A DNA stretch of 64,000 bases. Source: Negaprion brevirostris (Eukaryota). The DNA lies in NCBI GenBank assembly GCA_030324005.1, contig JARDVH010000167.1, forward strand, positions 12,455,053 through 12,519,052, written 5' to 3'. Position 1 is the first letter of the stretch. The number at the start of each line of letters is the position of its first letter. The position numbers and the translations under genes were made by a program. Positions 1 through 11,715 of this stretch are shown piece by piece. The notes beneath the pieces were generated by a model that was not told where the DNA came from, made no database searches, and saw nothing but the letters and a program-made list of their open reading frames with translations.

Positions 1-1719
1 CCAGACATTGGACAGATCTTGGATCAAGGGCAATAGGTTTTTATCTGCACATGGAACTGAAGTAACAGTAAATCTGAGGTCAGCGCAGATTCGGATTGAT
101 TTGTCATGTTTTAAATACTTGACTGATCACTTGTCGTCACTGGTTCAGCTGTGCTGGTGTCCACCACCTGCTTCAGCATCAACTTTCAAACGCATGGTTT
201 ATGGAACTGTGCATGCTCTCAGACGTTTGGTTTCAACCTGAGTTTAACATGGACTCCTTTCAGTTCTCGAGGAAAGGTTTCTTTGGAAACAGGCCAGGGA
301 ATTTCCTTTGACAATATCGAGGGGTAGCTCCGCAACCTGGTCCCACAGTTGCACCTTCAACGTTAGATACACTTATATGGGCACCACCTTCTCTGTGTAT
401 GTCCTAGCATAGACTTTCTTCCTCAGGGTTAATTGGTTTTTCTTTTCAAGGCATTTTTTTGGACTGCTCTGTTTCCTCCAGGTCGAAGCAATATGGCTTT
501 CTTGTTTACAGTTCGTGCACTGAGCTTCCCTGCACCATAAGGTAGTTTCAGAGTATCCAGTCTGCCACGCCTGTGGCACTCCTGTTGCTGTGTGTGTTTC
601 TTTAACGTGGCCATCATTTTATGTACTCAGATGCTGGCCTTCAGCTGTGCAACTTTTTTGTTTGCAAATTTCACAGACATAACTTCCAATGTTGTTTTAA
701 AATTTAGATTTTCTCAGATAGTAACCTTCACGAAATGGTCTAATTTCGTAAACCACATACAAGCATGTCTCGGCTGAAACATTTCCAAGCTTGCAACGTT
801 CTGCAAGTCGCTCAAAGGTAACGGTGAATTGAGCCACAAATTCCATTTCTGGTCGATTCCTCTTGTGAAATCTGAATCTCTCTGCATCTAGTAAAGGTNN
901 NNNNNNNNNNNNNNNNNNNNNNNNNNNNNNNNNNNNNNNNNNNNNNNNNNNNNNNNNNNNNNNNNNNNNNNNNNNNNNNNNNNNNNNNNNNGTGCTGAGG
1001 AACTTGGGTACTACCAATTCATCTATAATTTTATTTGCCATAACAATAGCTGAATCTTTCAGTGTAATCCTTTGAGCTTTCTGATTCTTCTTCAAAGGAT
1101 GTGATGGCACCAAAGTAACCTGCCATTTTGTTTTTTTTTATTTGAGATCCTTTTTACATTCAAACCCTGCTTAAATTTGATATTTTCTCCTTCGGTTTCC
1201 CCCAGCCAAAATGCAGCACCTTTTCTTTAATTTGTAATCCCCAACATGGTAGTTCCCTTCTTTTCTCTGCCTCCACACCTGAAACAACTCCCTTAGTGTA
1301 GCATGTTTGGTGAACTCTGCAGCCCAAGGCTCGCTGGATTTCCCCAGTTTCAATTTAGTTTTTTATGTTCAAGATCAAAAGAATCTGCTGTCCTTCCCCC
1401 TCGGTCTTTCTTACAGAGTCCAAAGTCAGATGCGGTTCCTCTCCCATTGGTCAATTTTGGGTTGTGTAGCAAAGAAAAATTTCTCTCTCTTATGATGGCT
1501 GCCGAAAATCTCCTCGTTACCAGTTATTCTGTATTAGGCAATTTACTGGGCCGCCGTCAAAACAAAGAACATAAAACTCACTCTAACTCAATATGAAAGT
1601 TTATTTGCCAGCTATGCATTCTGTAATACAAGACTGAAACAAAAGCCTGTGAACCTTTTGGCTGATTTTATGTACTCACATGACTCACCTTTTAAAGGGA
1701 CACTGTCCCACCATATGCA
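1..1719 (-). mobile_element. Decayed Gypsy (Mag-like) LTR retrotransposon: 5' LTR, PBS, gag, protease region and start of RT
   Basis: Gag ATG at 1126 (MAGYFGAITSFEEES...YTERF, MANKIIDELVVPKFLS, AERFRFHKRN...LAERC). Zn-knuckle remnants at about 480-575. RT start (KSIRICAD...LLPLIQDL) at about 10-110. PBS TGGTAACGAGGA at 1522-1511. LTR about 1523-1719 with AATAAA. Many frameshifts. Confidence 0.85.
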
Positions 1720-2640
1720 GCCTTTCTGCAGCCATGTCTCTGTAACAGTTATTAGATTGTACTTGTTACTCTCTATTTTCGCTGCCAGTTCATATTTTTT
1801 TCGAATGCTATATGAATTCATATGTAAAGTCTTAATTTTTGTCTTTTTTTTAAACTTTTTTCACCCTCTTGCCTTATCTGTTGACTTCCTCTTTGATTTC
1901 TACTTCTTGGCTCTTCCTGTGATGCTCTGTTTATTATTCTCCATTTTAACACCTTCTGCCTTTCTCTTATCCACTCTCTGCATATGGCAACATATGATCC
2001 CTTGCCCTTTCTGTTTGTACAGGTGGACACTGGAGGCATCTTTGTATTCTTGTGGGGTTCCTTGCTCAAACACTGAAAGAGTTCAATGAACTTCTTGACG
2101 AGGCATTGACCTTGTCTTGGCAACCTCAGCTGATAATTTTAGCTCCCAAAGTTTTGCCACAAGACAGGAATTTGATCACATTTGTTCCTTCTCAAAGTGT
2201 GGGATGGTCACCAGGAGAACAGTTGCTGTTAACTTGTGGCAGCCTGTTGATTACATCTCCATTGATAGAAGATGGCCGATTGAGACTGGTTAAAACGTTC
2301 TGCCTTATCTTTATCTTTCTGCGATTTTAGGCTGTATCTGTGAGCAGTGTTATCAAGGGTTGGTGATTTTAAAGCATTATAGAAAAACATTAAATGGTAC
2401 TTGAAGATTTAAGATTGAAAAATCTCATCTTTAACAGTAATTGTGTCTGGTCACAGCTTGCAAAGAACAGCTTGGTATTTCCACTTGTCCAGACACATGG
2501 GTGGTATTTGGACTTGATATATTCAGAACATAAAAGGCATATAATTAAAAACTTAACTGGAGAAGCATCTTTACTCTCAATGATGAGTTCAACTGAATAA
2601 CACAGCTTTTGACTTAATGATAAAATTTTAACATTCAAGT
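1720..2640 (-). mobile_element. Decayed CR1-clade LINE 5' part: ORF1 (Zn-finger/leucine zipper plus esterase remnant) and start of APE endonuclease
   Basis: YMNSYSIRKK-ELAAKIESNKYNLITVTETWL matches the CR1 endonuclease N-terminus (LYxNARS...YDIIAITETWL). Upstream CxxC...C...LKDEIF pattern and a VHLY esterase-like motif. Confidence 0.7.
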
Positions 2641-2671
2641 ATGATTGAAAAGGATCCTTTTTCAGGCATGT

Positions 2672-2745
2672 GTCTGGTGGTGCTATGGTTAGACAATTGG
2701 ATAAGACCTGAAACGTGCTAGGTTCAAGTCTCAGCTATGGCCTTA
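2672..2745 (+). pseudogene. Second degenerate tRNA-like / Pol III A-B box module
   Basis: TGGTGCTATGGTTAG (A box-like) ... AGGTTCAAGTC (B box) at tRNA-like spacing. Confidence 0.35.
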
Positions 2746-2913
2746 GATGCAGTCTGAGATAGGATAGACTAGATTAATTAATTTAATGGTAGAGCTAGTG
2801 AACTTAGTGCGGAGTAAGATCAAATTCAATGATAACTGTAGGGATACCACCAGAGGCTGCTGGTTTTACTAATTCTTAAGTTTAAAAAAATTCTTCCGGT
2901 TAAAAAAATCCAG

Positions 2914-2987
2914 TGGTACGCACAGGGATTTGAACCCAGCTTGTTCCTGCTTTTTAAGCTAGTGTTCTACCACTCTACCACTGAAGC
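2914..2987 (-). pseudogene. tRNA-like sequence (degenerate) with A box, B box, ACCA end and downstream T7 run
   Basis: Minus strand GCTTCAGTGGTAGAGTGGTAGAAC...CTGGGTTCAAATCCCTGTGCGTACCA, then TTTTTTT at 2908-2902. Acceptor and anticodon stems are imperfect. Confidence 0.55.
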
Positions 2988-3529
2988 TTGCACACTAAAT
3001 GCCTTTCAGGACTTATTCTTAACATTTGAGTATCACAGCTGTTTAACTGGAAAACAAATGTATCCAGAGATAAACCAACCCCTGTAATAGCCTGTGGCCA
3101 CATAAGAAGAGCACTAAAAAGCTATCATTGAAGTAATGTGTCCCACTATGATGGTTCAAATCTTTGGTTAACTTGTAATCATTAATTACTTATTTAATTG
3201 TTTTAAAATTAATGTTTAAATGCTGTATCTCAAATTATCCTAATGTACAGATGGAACTGTTGGACAATTTGTCTTTGTGCATTGAAATCACTATGGATTT
3301 GGCAACAGGACACTGCCACACACCAGGCTTGAGATCAGAATATTCGTGGCAGACTGCACTTGTCAGACCTCCAGCTGAAAATTGCCAAATCTTACTAAAT
3401 GCAGCTGTTCATTGTGATGTATTTTTAAATTTTGTGTAGTTTTACTTAACAAGCTTACTTTCTCCAGTTGTGCCTCTCTCCCACCAAGGCGCACTATTAT
3501 TGATTGGGAATGATACCAACTCTCATTAG

Positions 3530-3710
3530 TCTGCAATGGGGTTCCTTCCACAGTCCGAAAGAATGCTGATTAGATGCATTGGCTGCGCTAAATTCTCCCT
3601 CAGTCTACCCGAACAGGGGCTGGAGTGTGGTAACTCAGGGATTTTCACAACTTCATTGCAGCGTTCACGTAAGCCTACTTGTGACACTTATAAATAAACT
3701 TTATTACTTA
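3530..3710 (+). mobile_element. 5'-truncated V-SINE, tail type 2
   Basis: TCCACAGTCCGAAAGA...CTAAATTCTCCCTCAGT...CTTCATTGCAG...AAGCCTACTTGTGACACT-ATAAATAAAC, shared with the copies at 9.2, 18.6, 36.2 and 56.8 kb. Confidence 0.8.
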
Positions 3711-5113
3711 AAATCTGTTGTCATTGATTTTCACATGGCAGTGACATACGTTCAACAAGTCCTGCTGCTAACCACATGACAACAGCCAAGAAGTCCTGAT
3801 TTTCAGTCGGTTTCACATGTTTCTTTTCCATGTCAGCCAGATCACATGAGCATGTCTCTAGACATAGATTTGGTCGGACTAGTGGTCTAATACTTTTATC
3901 ATGGACATAATTCACATATTTTCTCACTATCTTTGATCCGTATGTTTTATTTCTGGGTATCTGTGCTTTTGTATCCACAGGGTAAATTGTCCCAATTTAA
4001 ATAATTCCATCAGCAAGCTTTTTGTGTGTTTAAAAATAAGGTTATTTATTATCATCTCTTGCCCACAATCGGCCTGATTTTACCATTTTCAGTTTACGTG
4101 CTGAATGTGGGCACAATTCAGATCTGATTTGGAAATTTGGTTTCAGACACCCCGCTACGCATTTAGCCTGAAAAAAAAATCACGGGTCTGAATTGCACTG
4201 TGGGCAGGGCTTAGCACACCTAACCGATTGGAGTTCTGAACTGCACATGCGCAGTTAGATAAGAACATCAAAAATCGTGCCACTGTCACATCACTCCCGG
4301 GCCACAAAAAGTGGATAAAGCAGCCTGGGTGCGATGGTCCCCACAGATATCACCCCCACTCCTGTAACATAACTTTCTCCCTTATCCACCCACCCCCCCC
4401 CCCCAGNNNNNNNNNNNNNNNNNNNNNNNNNNNNNNNNNNNNNNNNNNNNNNNNNNNNNNNNNNNNNNNNNNNNNNNNNNNNNNNNNNNNNNNNNNNNNN
4501 NNNNNNNNNNNNNNNNNNNNNNNNNNNNNNNNNNNNNNNNNNNNNNNNNNNNNNNNNNNNNNNNNNNNNNNNNNNNNNNNNNNNNNNNNNNNNNNNNNNN
4601 NNNNNNNNNNNNNNNNNNNNNNNNNNNNNNNNNNNNNNNNNNNNNNNNNNNNNNNNNNNNNNNNNNNNNNNNNNNNNNNNNNNNNNNNNNNNNNNNNNNN
4701 NNNNNNNNNNNNNNNNNNNNNNNNNNNNNNNNNNNNNNNNNNNNNNNNNNNNNNNNNNNNNNNNNNNNNNNNNNNNNNNNNNNNNNNNNNNNNNNNNNNN
4801 NNNNNNNNNNNNNNNNNNNNNNNNNNNNNNNNNNNNNNNNNNNNNNNNNNNNNNNNNNNNNNNNNNNNNNNNNNNNNNNNNNNNNNNNNNNNNNNNNNNN
4901 NNNNNNNNNNNNNNNNNNNNNNNNNNNNNNNNNNNNNNNNNNNNNNNNNNNNNNNNNNNNNNNNNNNNNNNNNNNNNNNNNNNNNNNNNNNNNNNNNNNN
5001 NNNNNNNNNNNNNNNNNNNNNNNNNNNNNNNNNNNNNNNNNNNNNNNNNNNNNNNNNNNNNNNNNNNNNNNNNNNNNNNNNNNNNNNNNNNNNNNNNNNN
5101 NNNNNNNNNNNNN

Positions 5114-5332
5114 NCTGAGAACACAGCCTTGTGGGGCACCAGTGTTGAGGATGATCATGGAGGAGGTGTTGTTGCCTATCCTTACTGATTGAGGTCTGTG
5201 AGTTAGGAAGTTCAGGATCTAATTGCAGAGGGAGGTGCCGGGGCCCAGGTCACAGAATTTGGAGATGAGTTTCGTAGGAATGATAGTGTCGAAGGCCGAG
5301 CTATAGTCAATAAATAGGAGTCTGACATAGGT
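5114..5332 (-). mobile_element. Rex1/Babar LINE RT fragment
   Basis: [13 protein letters not shown]...[34 protein letters not shown], running into a gap. Confidence 0.85.
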
Positions 5333-6789
5333 GCAACCGAAAAAAGACTCATTAATCTCTGTTCTCTGCGAGCTAACTAATCCTTTATCCATGAGAATAT
5401 GTCAGTCCCTGTACTAGCAACTCTTATGTTGCACAGTAACCTTTGATGTCAAATGCCTTCTGGAAATCTAAATACTGCACATTCAGGTTCCCTTTTATCC
5501 ATGTTGCTTGTTAGTTCCTCGAAGAACTCTGACAAATTAGTCAAGTATGACATCGCTTTCACAAAACCACGCTGACTTTGCTTGATTTGCATTGAGATTT
5601 TAAGTGTCCTGCCGTAACCTCCTTAAGCAAAGAAATAAATATTAAGCCAACTATCCTCTAGTTTTCTGCTTTGTTTCCTTCTTTTCTGGAATGGAGGAGT
5701 CACACTTACTGTTCTCCAATATGCTGGCCATTCCCAGAATCTAGGGAATTTTGGAAAATTAAAATCAATCCACTGGCTCAGCAACTGCAACTTGAAGGCC
5801 CAAGGATAAAGTCCATCAGGACTTGCAGAGCTGTCAGTTTTAATTTCCCTGGTGATTCCAACTGTTTCAAGTTCCTCTCTCCCCTTCATCTTCTGAGTCC
5901 CAGATTTTTCTGGGTAATTATTTATATCCTCTACAGTGAACACAGATGCAAAATATCTGATCAACTATCTGGTATTTCCTTATTTTCCATTATTAATTCC
6001 CCATTCTCACTCTCTCGAGGACCAATATTTGCAGAAACACTCCAGATCTGTTATTGTATTTTGAAATAGCTTTCTCATTACTTATCAATCTTTTGGTCAT
6101 TCTTTGTTGTTCATTACATTCTGTCCAACCTATCACACATCTTGTGGAATCACATGCTTTTTCTTTCAATTTGATACTAACTTTAAGTTCTTTAGTTGGC
6201 TAGGAATAGTCTGTTCTTCCCTTAGTCTTTCTTTCGCACTGGAATGTATCTTTTCTGGGTATTCTGAAATATCTCTTTAAATGTCTGCCACTGCATCATT
6301 ACTGACTTATCCCTTAACCTCATTTCCCAGTTTACTCTTGCCCGCTATGTCCATGCTCTCATATCTGCCCTCAATTAAGTTTAAAATACTGATGTTAGAG
6401 CCACTCCAGTCAATCAAGTGGAATGGGAGATTCAATCATAGCATGGTCACTGTCAGCTAATGTGTCTTCACCATGAGATAATTAATCCTGTCTCACTGCA
6501 CATTTCCAGGTCTAGCATAGCCAGCTCCGTGGTTGGTGCAAAAACGTGTTGTTCTAAAGAACTATCCTGAAAACACTCTATGAACTCATCCTCCAAGCTA
6601 CCTTTGCCAAACACCCATAATTATCACTGTACCTTTCTCATGAGCCTTTCTTCCTGGATATATCTTTCTACAGTGTGGTTATTGTTTGGGGACCAATAAA
6701 TCACTTCCACAGATGACTTCTTACCTTTATGATTTCTCATTTCTGCCAAGCTGGTTCTATATCTTGATTCCCAGAACCTCGGACATTCC

Positions 6790-7062
6790 CTCTTCCACCT
6801 TCTTCCTTTGGGAAAAAAGGTGCAAAAGTCTGAGGTCAGGTATCAACCGACTCAAGAACAGCTTCTTCCCTGCTGCTGTCAGATTTTGAAAGGACTTACC
6901 TTGCAGTAAGTTGACCTTTCTCTACACCCTAGCTATGACTATGACACTACATTCTGCACCTTCTTGTTTCCTTCTCTATGAACAGCATGTTTTGCCTGTA
7001 TAGCATGCAAAATCAATACTCTTCACTGTATGTTAATACATAACAAGAATAAATCAAATCAA
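6790..7062 (+). mobile_element. Rex1 LINE 3' end
   Basis: KRCKSLRSGINRLKNSFFPAAVR C-terminus, then 3'UTR ending AATAAATCAAATCAAA. Confidence 0.8.
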
Positions 7063-7412
7063 ATATTGCATCAATGTCATTTCATTAACCTTTCCACCTT
7101 TTCCTCGCTTTTTGTCCTTCCTAAATATAACAGAATATTCAGGGCTTTGACGTCCTACAGCCATGTCTCTGTAATGGCGATCAGATCACATATTTTAATT
7201 TCTCTCTGTGCTGTGAATTCATGTGTCCACATGCAAAACCTTCAGTTGTGTCTTTTTTGGAACCTCTAGTCTTATTTGCTGGTGCACTCTTTGGGTCGTA
7301 CACTATTGTATCCTTACTGTGCACTACAGAGCCATGCTCGGATCATCACATCCCACATTCCTACCTTGTTCTTTTGTCTTCTCCAATTTATCTCATCTTT
7401 CCAAACCTGATT

Positions 7413-7705
7413 GAATCCAACAATGCAGAAAGAGGCCATATGGCCCATCGAGCCTGCATCAACAACAAACCCACCCAGGCCCTATCCCTGTAACCCCACG
7501 CTAATCTCCCTGACATTGAGGGGCAATTGAGCATGGCCAACCAACCTAACCTGCACATCTTTGGAGTGTGGGAGGGAACTGGTGCACCAGGAGGAAACCT
7601 ACGCAGACATGTGGAGAACTTGCAAACTCCGCACAGTTATCCGAGGCCAGAATTGAACCTGGGTCTGTGGCGCTGTGAGGCAGCAGTGCTAGCTACTGTG
7701 CCACC
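7413..7705 (-). mobile_element. HE1 V-SINE (tRNA head, V domain, CR1-derived tail)
   Basis: Reverse complement reads GGTGGCACAGTAGCTAGCACTGCTGCCTCACAGCGCC...GGAGTTTGCA...GATGGGCCATATGGCCTCTTTCTGCA. Confidence 0.9.
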
Positions 7706-8407
7706 CTCTCTTTCACCCCACTCACCAAAATTGTCACCTAGCACAGTTCAAATGAAGCCCATCTCAATAGTGTATCTCCCACTTTTCCCCAGTATTGGTG
7801 CAAGTGTCCCAAAACCTATTTCTCCCACAGTATTCTTTGAGCCATGCATTCAACTCTCTATTCTGATTTACCCAATGCCAATTTGTTCATGGTTCAGGTT
7901 TAGCCCGAGTTATTCATATTCCCTCAGCAGAACCTTATGTTTTTGGTACCTTCTGGATCTTCTCCTTCTTGTGCAATTCAACCCAAAACAGATGTCCCGA
8001 ACCTTGGCACAGAACAGTTAACATAGCTGGGTGGACTCCCGCTTTCGCCTGCAGAAAACTGTGTCTGTCCCCCTGACTACATTGTCCCAAATGACCACAT
8101 TCCTATTAACACCCCCTACTACAATGGTTCCCTGTAGCAAGGTGTCGAGGTCAGTTTATTTCCTGTCACCACCACTTTCATCCACATGGGCTGCAAGAAG
8201 CTAAAATCTATTGGATCATAACAAAGCCAAAGGCTCCTCCACTTCTGCTTTCCAGAGTCCCTTACTTGCCTCACTCACAGGTCCTATCATTCTGTTCCTG
8301 ACCACTGACTGAACCCTATTCTGAAGGATATGACCACCAGCTGTTAAAAAAGTGCCCAGATAACTTTAGCCCTCCCTGATGGTCATGATGATTGCAGCTC
8401 AGCCGCC

Positions 8408-8570
8408 ATAGAAACACAGAAATTAAAAGCACGAGTAGGCCATTCGGCCCTTCAAGGGTGCTCAGCCATTCATTTTGATCATGGCTGATCATCATACGCA
8501 ATATCCTGATCCTCTTTTCCTCCCATATCCCTTGATCCCTTTAGCCCCAAGAGCTATATCTAATCTCCAA
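8408..8570 (-). mobile_element. CR1 LINE 3' tail
   Basis: CATAGAAACACAGAAA...GTAGGCCATTCGGCCC...TCCCATATCCCTTGATCCC is the reverse complement of the shark CR1 tail. Confidence 0.8.
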
Positions 8571-8924
8571 TTTGATGACTCAGGGCTGACAAACCACTGC
8601 AAATGTGTCTTCCCCTAACTCACCTACCTGGCTGTGCGGGAACGCCCACATTCTGCAGCTGCAACATGCCACCCTTACAGTGGATTAACGAACACGTTCT
8701 TAACTCGTGTAAATAATAAATGCGCTACCCCTAAACCACCTTCACCGCTGCAGAGAAACCCCATGGCAACAAATAAAGACGTGAGTTTTGAACAGAAGCA
8801 AGGCATGTGTGCTCACCCAACCAGTAATTTATCTGTCTCGGGTTGGGGGACACGCACAGTCTTCTCTCAGTCTCAAGCGTTCTGATGCCACACACACACT
8901 GGACTGCTCTTCTGGTTACCTCGG

Positions 8925-9140
8925 GGTCCTTGTGCATGAGTCGCAAAAACCCAGCCTGCAGGTGCAGCAGGTGGTCAGGAAGGCTAATGGGATNNNNNNN
9001 NNNNNNNNNNNNNNNNNNNNNNNNNNNNNNNNNNNNNNNNNNNNNNNNNNNNNNNNNNNNNNNNNNNNNNNNNNNNNNNNNNNNNNNNNNNNNGCTCGAA
9101 GGGCGAGATGGCCTACTCCTGCTCCTATTTCTTATGTTCT
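8925..9140 (+). mobile_element. CR1 LINE 3' fragment spanning a gap
   Basis: GVLVHESQKPSLQVQQVVRKANG, then after the gap the tail GATGGCCTACTCCTGCTCCTATTTCTTATGTTCT. Confidence 0.8.
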
Positions 9141-9196
9141 TACCACATCTGGGCTTGCTTTCACCCACCTCCTCAATTGGCACCTCTGCTTTTTTT

Positions 9197-9440
9197 TGCC
9201 TCACGGCACCAGGGTCCCAGGTTCGATTCCCGGCTTGGGTCACTATCTGTGCGGAGTCTGCACGTTCTCCCTGTGTCTGCCTGGGTGTCCTCCGGTTTCC
9301 TCCCGCAGTCCGAAAGACGCGCTGGTTAGGTGCTAAATTCTCCCTCAGTGTAACCCCAACAGACGCCAGAGTGTGCCGACCGANNNNNNNNNNCTGCAAT
9401 TTTAATGTGAAGCCTTACTTGTGGCATTAATAAAACAAAC
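9197..9440 (+). mobile_element. V-SINE, tail type 2
   Basis: TGCCTCACGGCACCAGGGTCCCAGGTTCGATTCCCGGC...CTAAATTCTCCCTCAGTG...AAGCCTTACTTGTG...AATAAA. Confidence 0.85.
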
Positions 9441-9454
9441 TTTTAAAATTAACA

Positions 9455-9648
9455 CCTCAGCCCCCTCGTGCCTCGACCGTTAGCTCGACGCCCCCTGGCG
9501 TCGTGCCATGCCGGCGCACTGCCCCACCCCGGCGCGAGGGCCGACCGTTGGTAACCCCAGCCGTGCCTTTGACCCCGACCCTCCTGCTGCGGCTCATTTC
9601 ATTTTGTTCCGTTTTATTATTTTTACCTCTGCCGTCGATAAGCCGTCC
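9455..9648. promoter_or_regulatory. CpG island edge; probable MRPS24 promoter, continuing into the gap
   Basis: The most GC- and CpG-dense stretch in an otherwise CpG-depleted window, about 1.6 kb upstream of MRPS24 exon 2. Confidence 0.65.
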
Positions 9649-10099
9649 NNNNNNNNNNNNNNNNNNNNNNNNNNNNNNNNNNNNNNNNNNNNNNNNNNNN
9701 NNNNNNNNNNNNNNNNNNNNNNNNNNNNNNNNNNNNNNNNNNNNNNNNNNNNNNNNNNNNNNNNNNNNNNNNNNNNNNNNNNNNNNNNNNNNNNNNNNNN
9801 NNNNNNNNNNNNNNNNNNNNNNNNNNNNNNNNNNNNNNNNNNNNNNNNNNNNNNNNNNNNNNNNNNNNNNNNNNNNNNNNNNNNNNNNNNNNNNNNNNNN
9901 NNNNNNNNNNNNNNNNNNNNNNNNNNNNNNNNNNNNNNNNNNNNNNNNNNNNNNNNNNNNNNNNNNNNNNNNNNNNNNNNNNNNNNNNNNNNNNNNNNCT
10001 GAACAGGACAAATGCAGTGTGAGGAGCAGACCGTCCATCAGCATTCCTTGTTTCTGTCGCCTCCCACCACCCATTTTGCCTCTGAGAAACTCTTCGCAT

Positions 10100-10580
10100 T
10101 TATCCGTCACCTTTCACGACCACCAGCTCTTTCACAGTCAAGAAAGTACTTCTCCAGAGCTTTGAAGAATCAGACGCACTCCAAATGTTAACTGTTTCTC
10201 TTTCCACCGCTGCAGCCAGATCTGCTGCGTTTTTTTTGTTCTTTTTTAAGTACAAGTGTTGCAATGGAGGAAACATCGCAATCTTTTTCTGCACAGTATG
10301 ACCCCACGCACGATGGAACGTTTTGATAACCAAATAATTTGTTAGTATGATGTTGATTGAGGACTAACTACTTGTTAGGACAACGGGCATAATGCTCAAT
10401 CTCTTTAAAGCCGTCAGTGAGAGTTTTAATTTGCACCCGAAAGAACTGACAGGGCTCAGCTCAAACATATCTCTGTTAGTGCAGCTAACTGAGCAGTGTT
10501 AGCCTCAATTTTTGTCCTCAATTCCCCAGACTGGAACTTCCTCTTTGAACCTTGTGACTCGAGACAAAACGCTAGCAGTT
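10100..10580 (-). mobile_element. Old SacSINE1-like Deu-domain SINE, interrupted by a short Penelope-derived repeat (about 10155-10235)
   Basis: Resembles the reverse complement of the Deu domain (GATAACCAAATAATTT...TGATGTTGATTGAGGA...) with a tRNA B-box remnant (TTGAACC) at about 10545. Confidence 0.6.
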
Positions 10581-11217
10581 AATTCTAAATGCTGTCCATA
10601 GAGCTTGTTACGTAAATGTATTCTCTTTTTAAAAAAGTGTGATGTGACCACAAGTTTATTTCAATAGATGAAATTTGATTATTTTGCAACAGCTTCCCGC
10701 CTTAAGTGCGAGGACCTCTGATAATTATGTCACTTTTTTTCCTGAAGTAAACTTATACAAACATTTCTCGCGGCAAGACATTTAACACTGATCATTGTCA
10801 GATGCTTTCCCTTTCTGCCCTTGACATGCTTCTCATTTCTTCACTATCAGTCATTGACCTGTTGTCTAGAAATTATAGAGATCTCGTCCAGGTCTTTTGG
10901 AGAGATCATTTTCACACGTTTATAACCCAGTCTCAGGAATTAAATCTGGCAAAATGCGGAGACGTAAATCACTGAAACCGTTAACTTGTCCTTTGCCCCT
11001 GCGACAGGCTAGCTTCTGACAACTCTTTTTCCATCTTTAGCCACAAAGCCCCATCACCTGTTTGATTGTTAAAATACAATTGCAGGGTCAGTGAGCGAAA
11101 AATTATCACGGTGGGAAGAAATTCCCAAAACAAAGGAAGACCAACTAATTTAAATTTTGCTCAATTGAATGTTAATTCATTAAGTTTGCAATTTAAGATT
11201 AAACTTTTGAATTTCAG

Positions 11218-11283
11218 ATTCTGTCATCTTGGCAATGTGTGATTGCATGGAGAAGTATACAAACAACAGCATCATGCTTCAAG
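11218..11283 (+). CDS. MRPS24: MRPS24 coding exon 2 (ILSSWQCVIAWRSIQTTASCFK)
   Basis: tttcag acceptor, AAG|gtaaaa donor, 66 nt, phase 0/0. Similar to human [23 protein letters not shown]. Confidence 0.8.
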
Positions 11284-11389
11284 GTAAAAAAGTGTTACTT
11301 CAGTTAATTATCAGAGATTTGACTGAACTCATCTGCTGACCTGAGAAGCTTGACGAACCTTTAACTGATGAAAAATGTAAAAGCCAGGG

Positions 11390-11675
11390 TCACACAGTGC
11401 TTATTGCTGCTGCCTGACTCCAGCGACCCAGGTTGAATTCCAGCTTCAGGTATCTGTGTGGAGATCGCACATTCTCCCAGCCATGCGCTCAAGTTTTCTC
11501 CCACAGTCCACAGATGTGTCGGCAAGGTGGATGGGCGACAGTAAAATTGCCCATTAGTGTTTGGATGTGTGCCAAGCTGGACTGGCGCCTGGCCTGAGTG
11601 TATTCTGCCTCAGTAGGCTAGGCTCCGACACCCCCGGACCTTGAATTGGAGTAAACAATTAGTGGAAGTGAAAAT
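11390..11675 (+). mobile_element. Old V-SINE, tail type 3
   Basis: V-SINE head and body followed by AGGCTAGGCTCCGACACCCCCGGACCTTGAATTGGAGTAA, unlike the HE1 tail. Confidence 0.65.
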
Positions 11676-11715
11676 GGAGAAGATTTAGCTGGTAATACTG
11701 GGGTGGTCAAGCAAC

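Larger units (their letters stand above)
5340..8400 (-). mobile_element. Long, highly decayed CR1 LINE (ORF1, EN, RT), interrupted by younger inserts
   Basis: YFASVFTVED motif at about 5930-5955, RT motifs (SAWFCESDVILD, LDFQKAFD) at 5450-5580, and endonuclease CDLIAITETWL at about 7160-7190. Confidence 0.7.

Noticed and set aside
3721-3978. 85-aa minus-strand ORF as a possible exon of a divergent gene
   Set aside because: No recognisable homology and no convincing splice sites.
4070-4400. Possible DNA-transposon/MITE terminus (GGCCTGATTTTACC...)
   Set aside because: The other terminus is not visible because of the gap, so it cannot be classified.
4291-10165. Long ORFs of 160-280 aa in the ORF track
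   Set aside because: They are open only because they run through N gaps or repeats; they are not genes.
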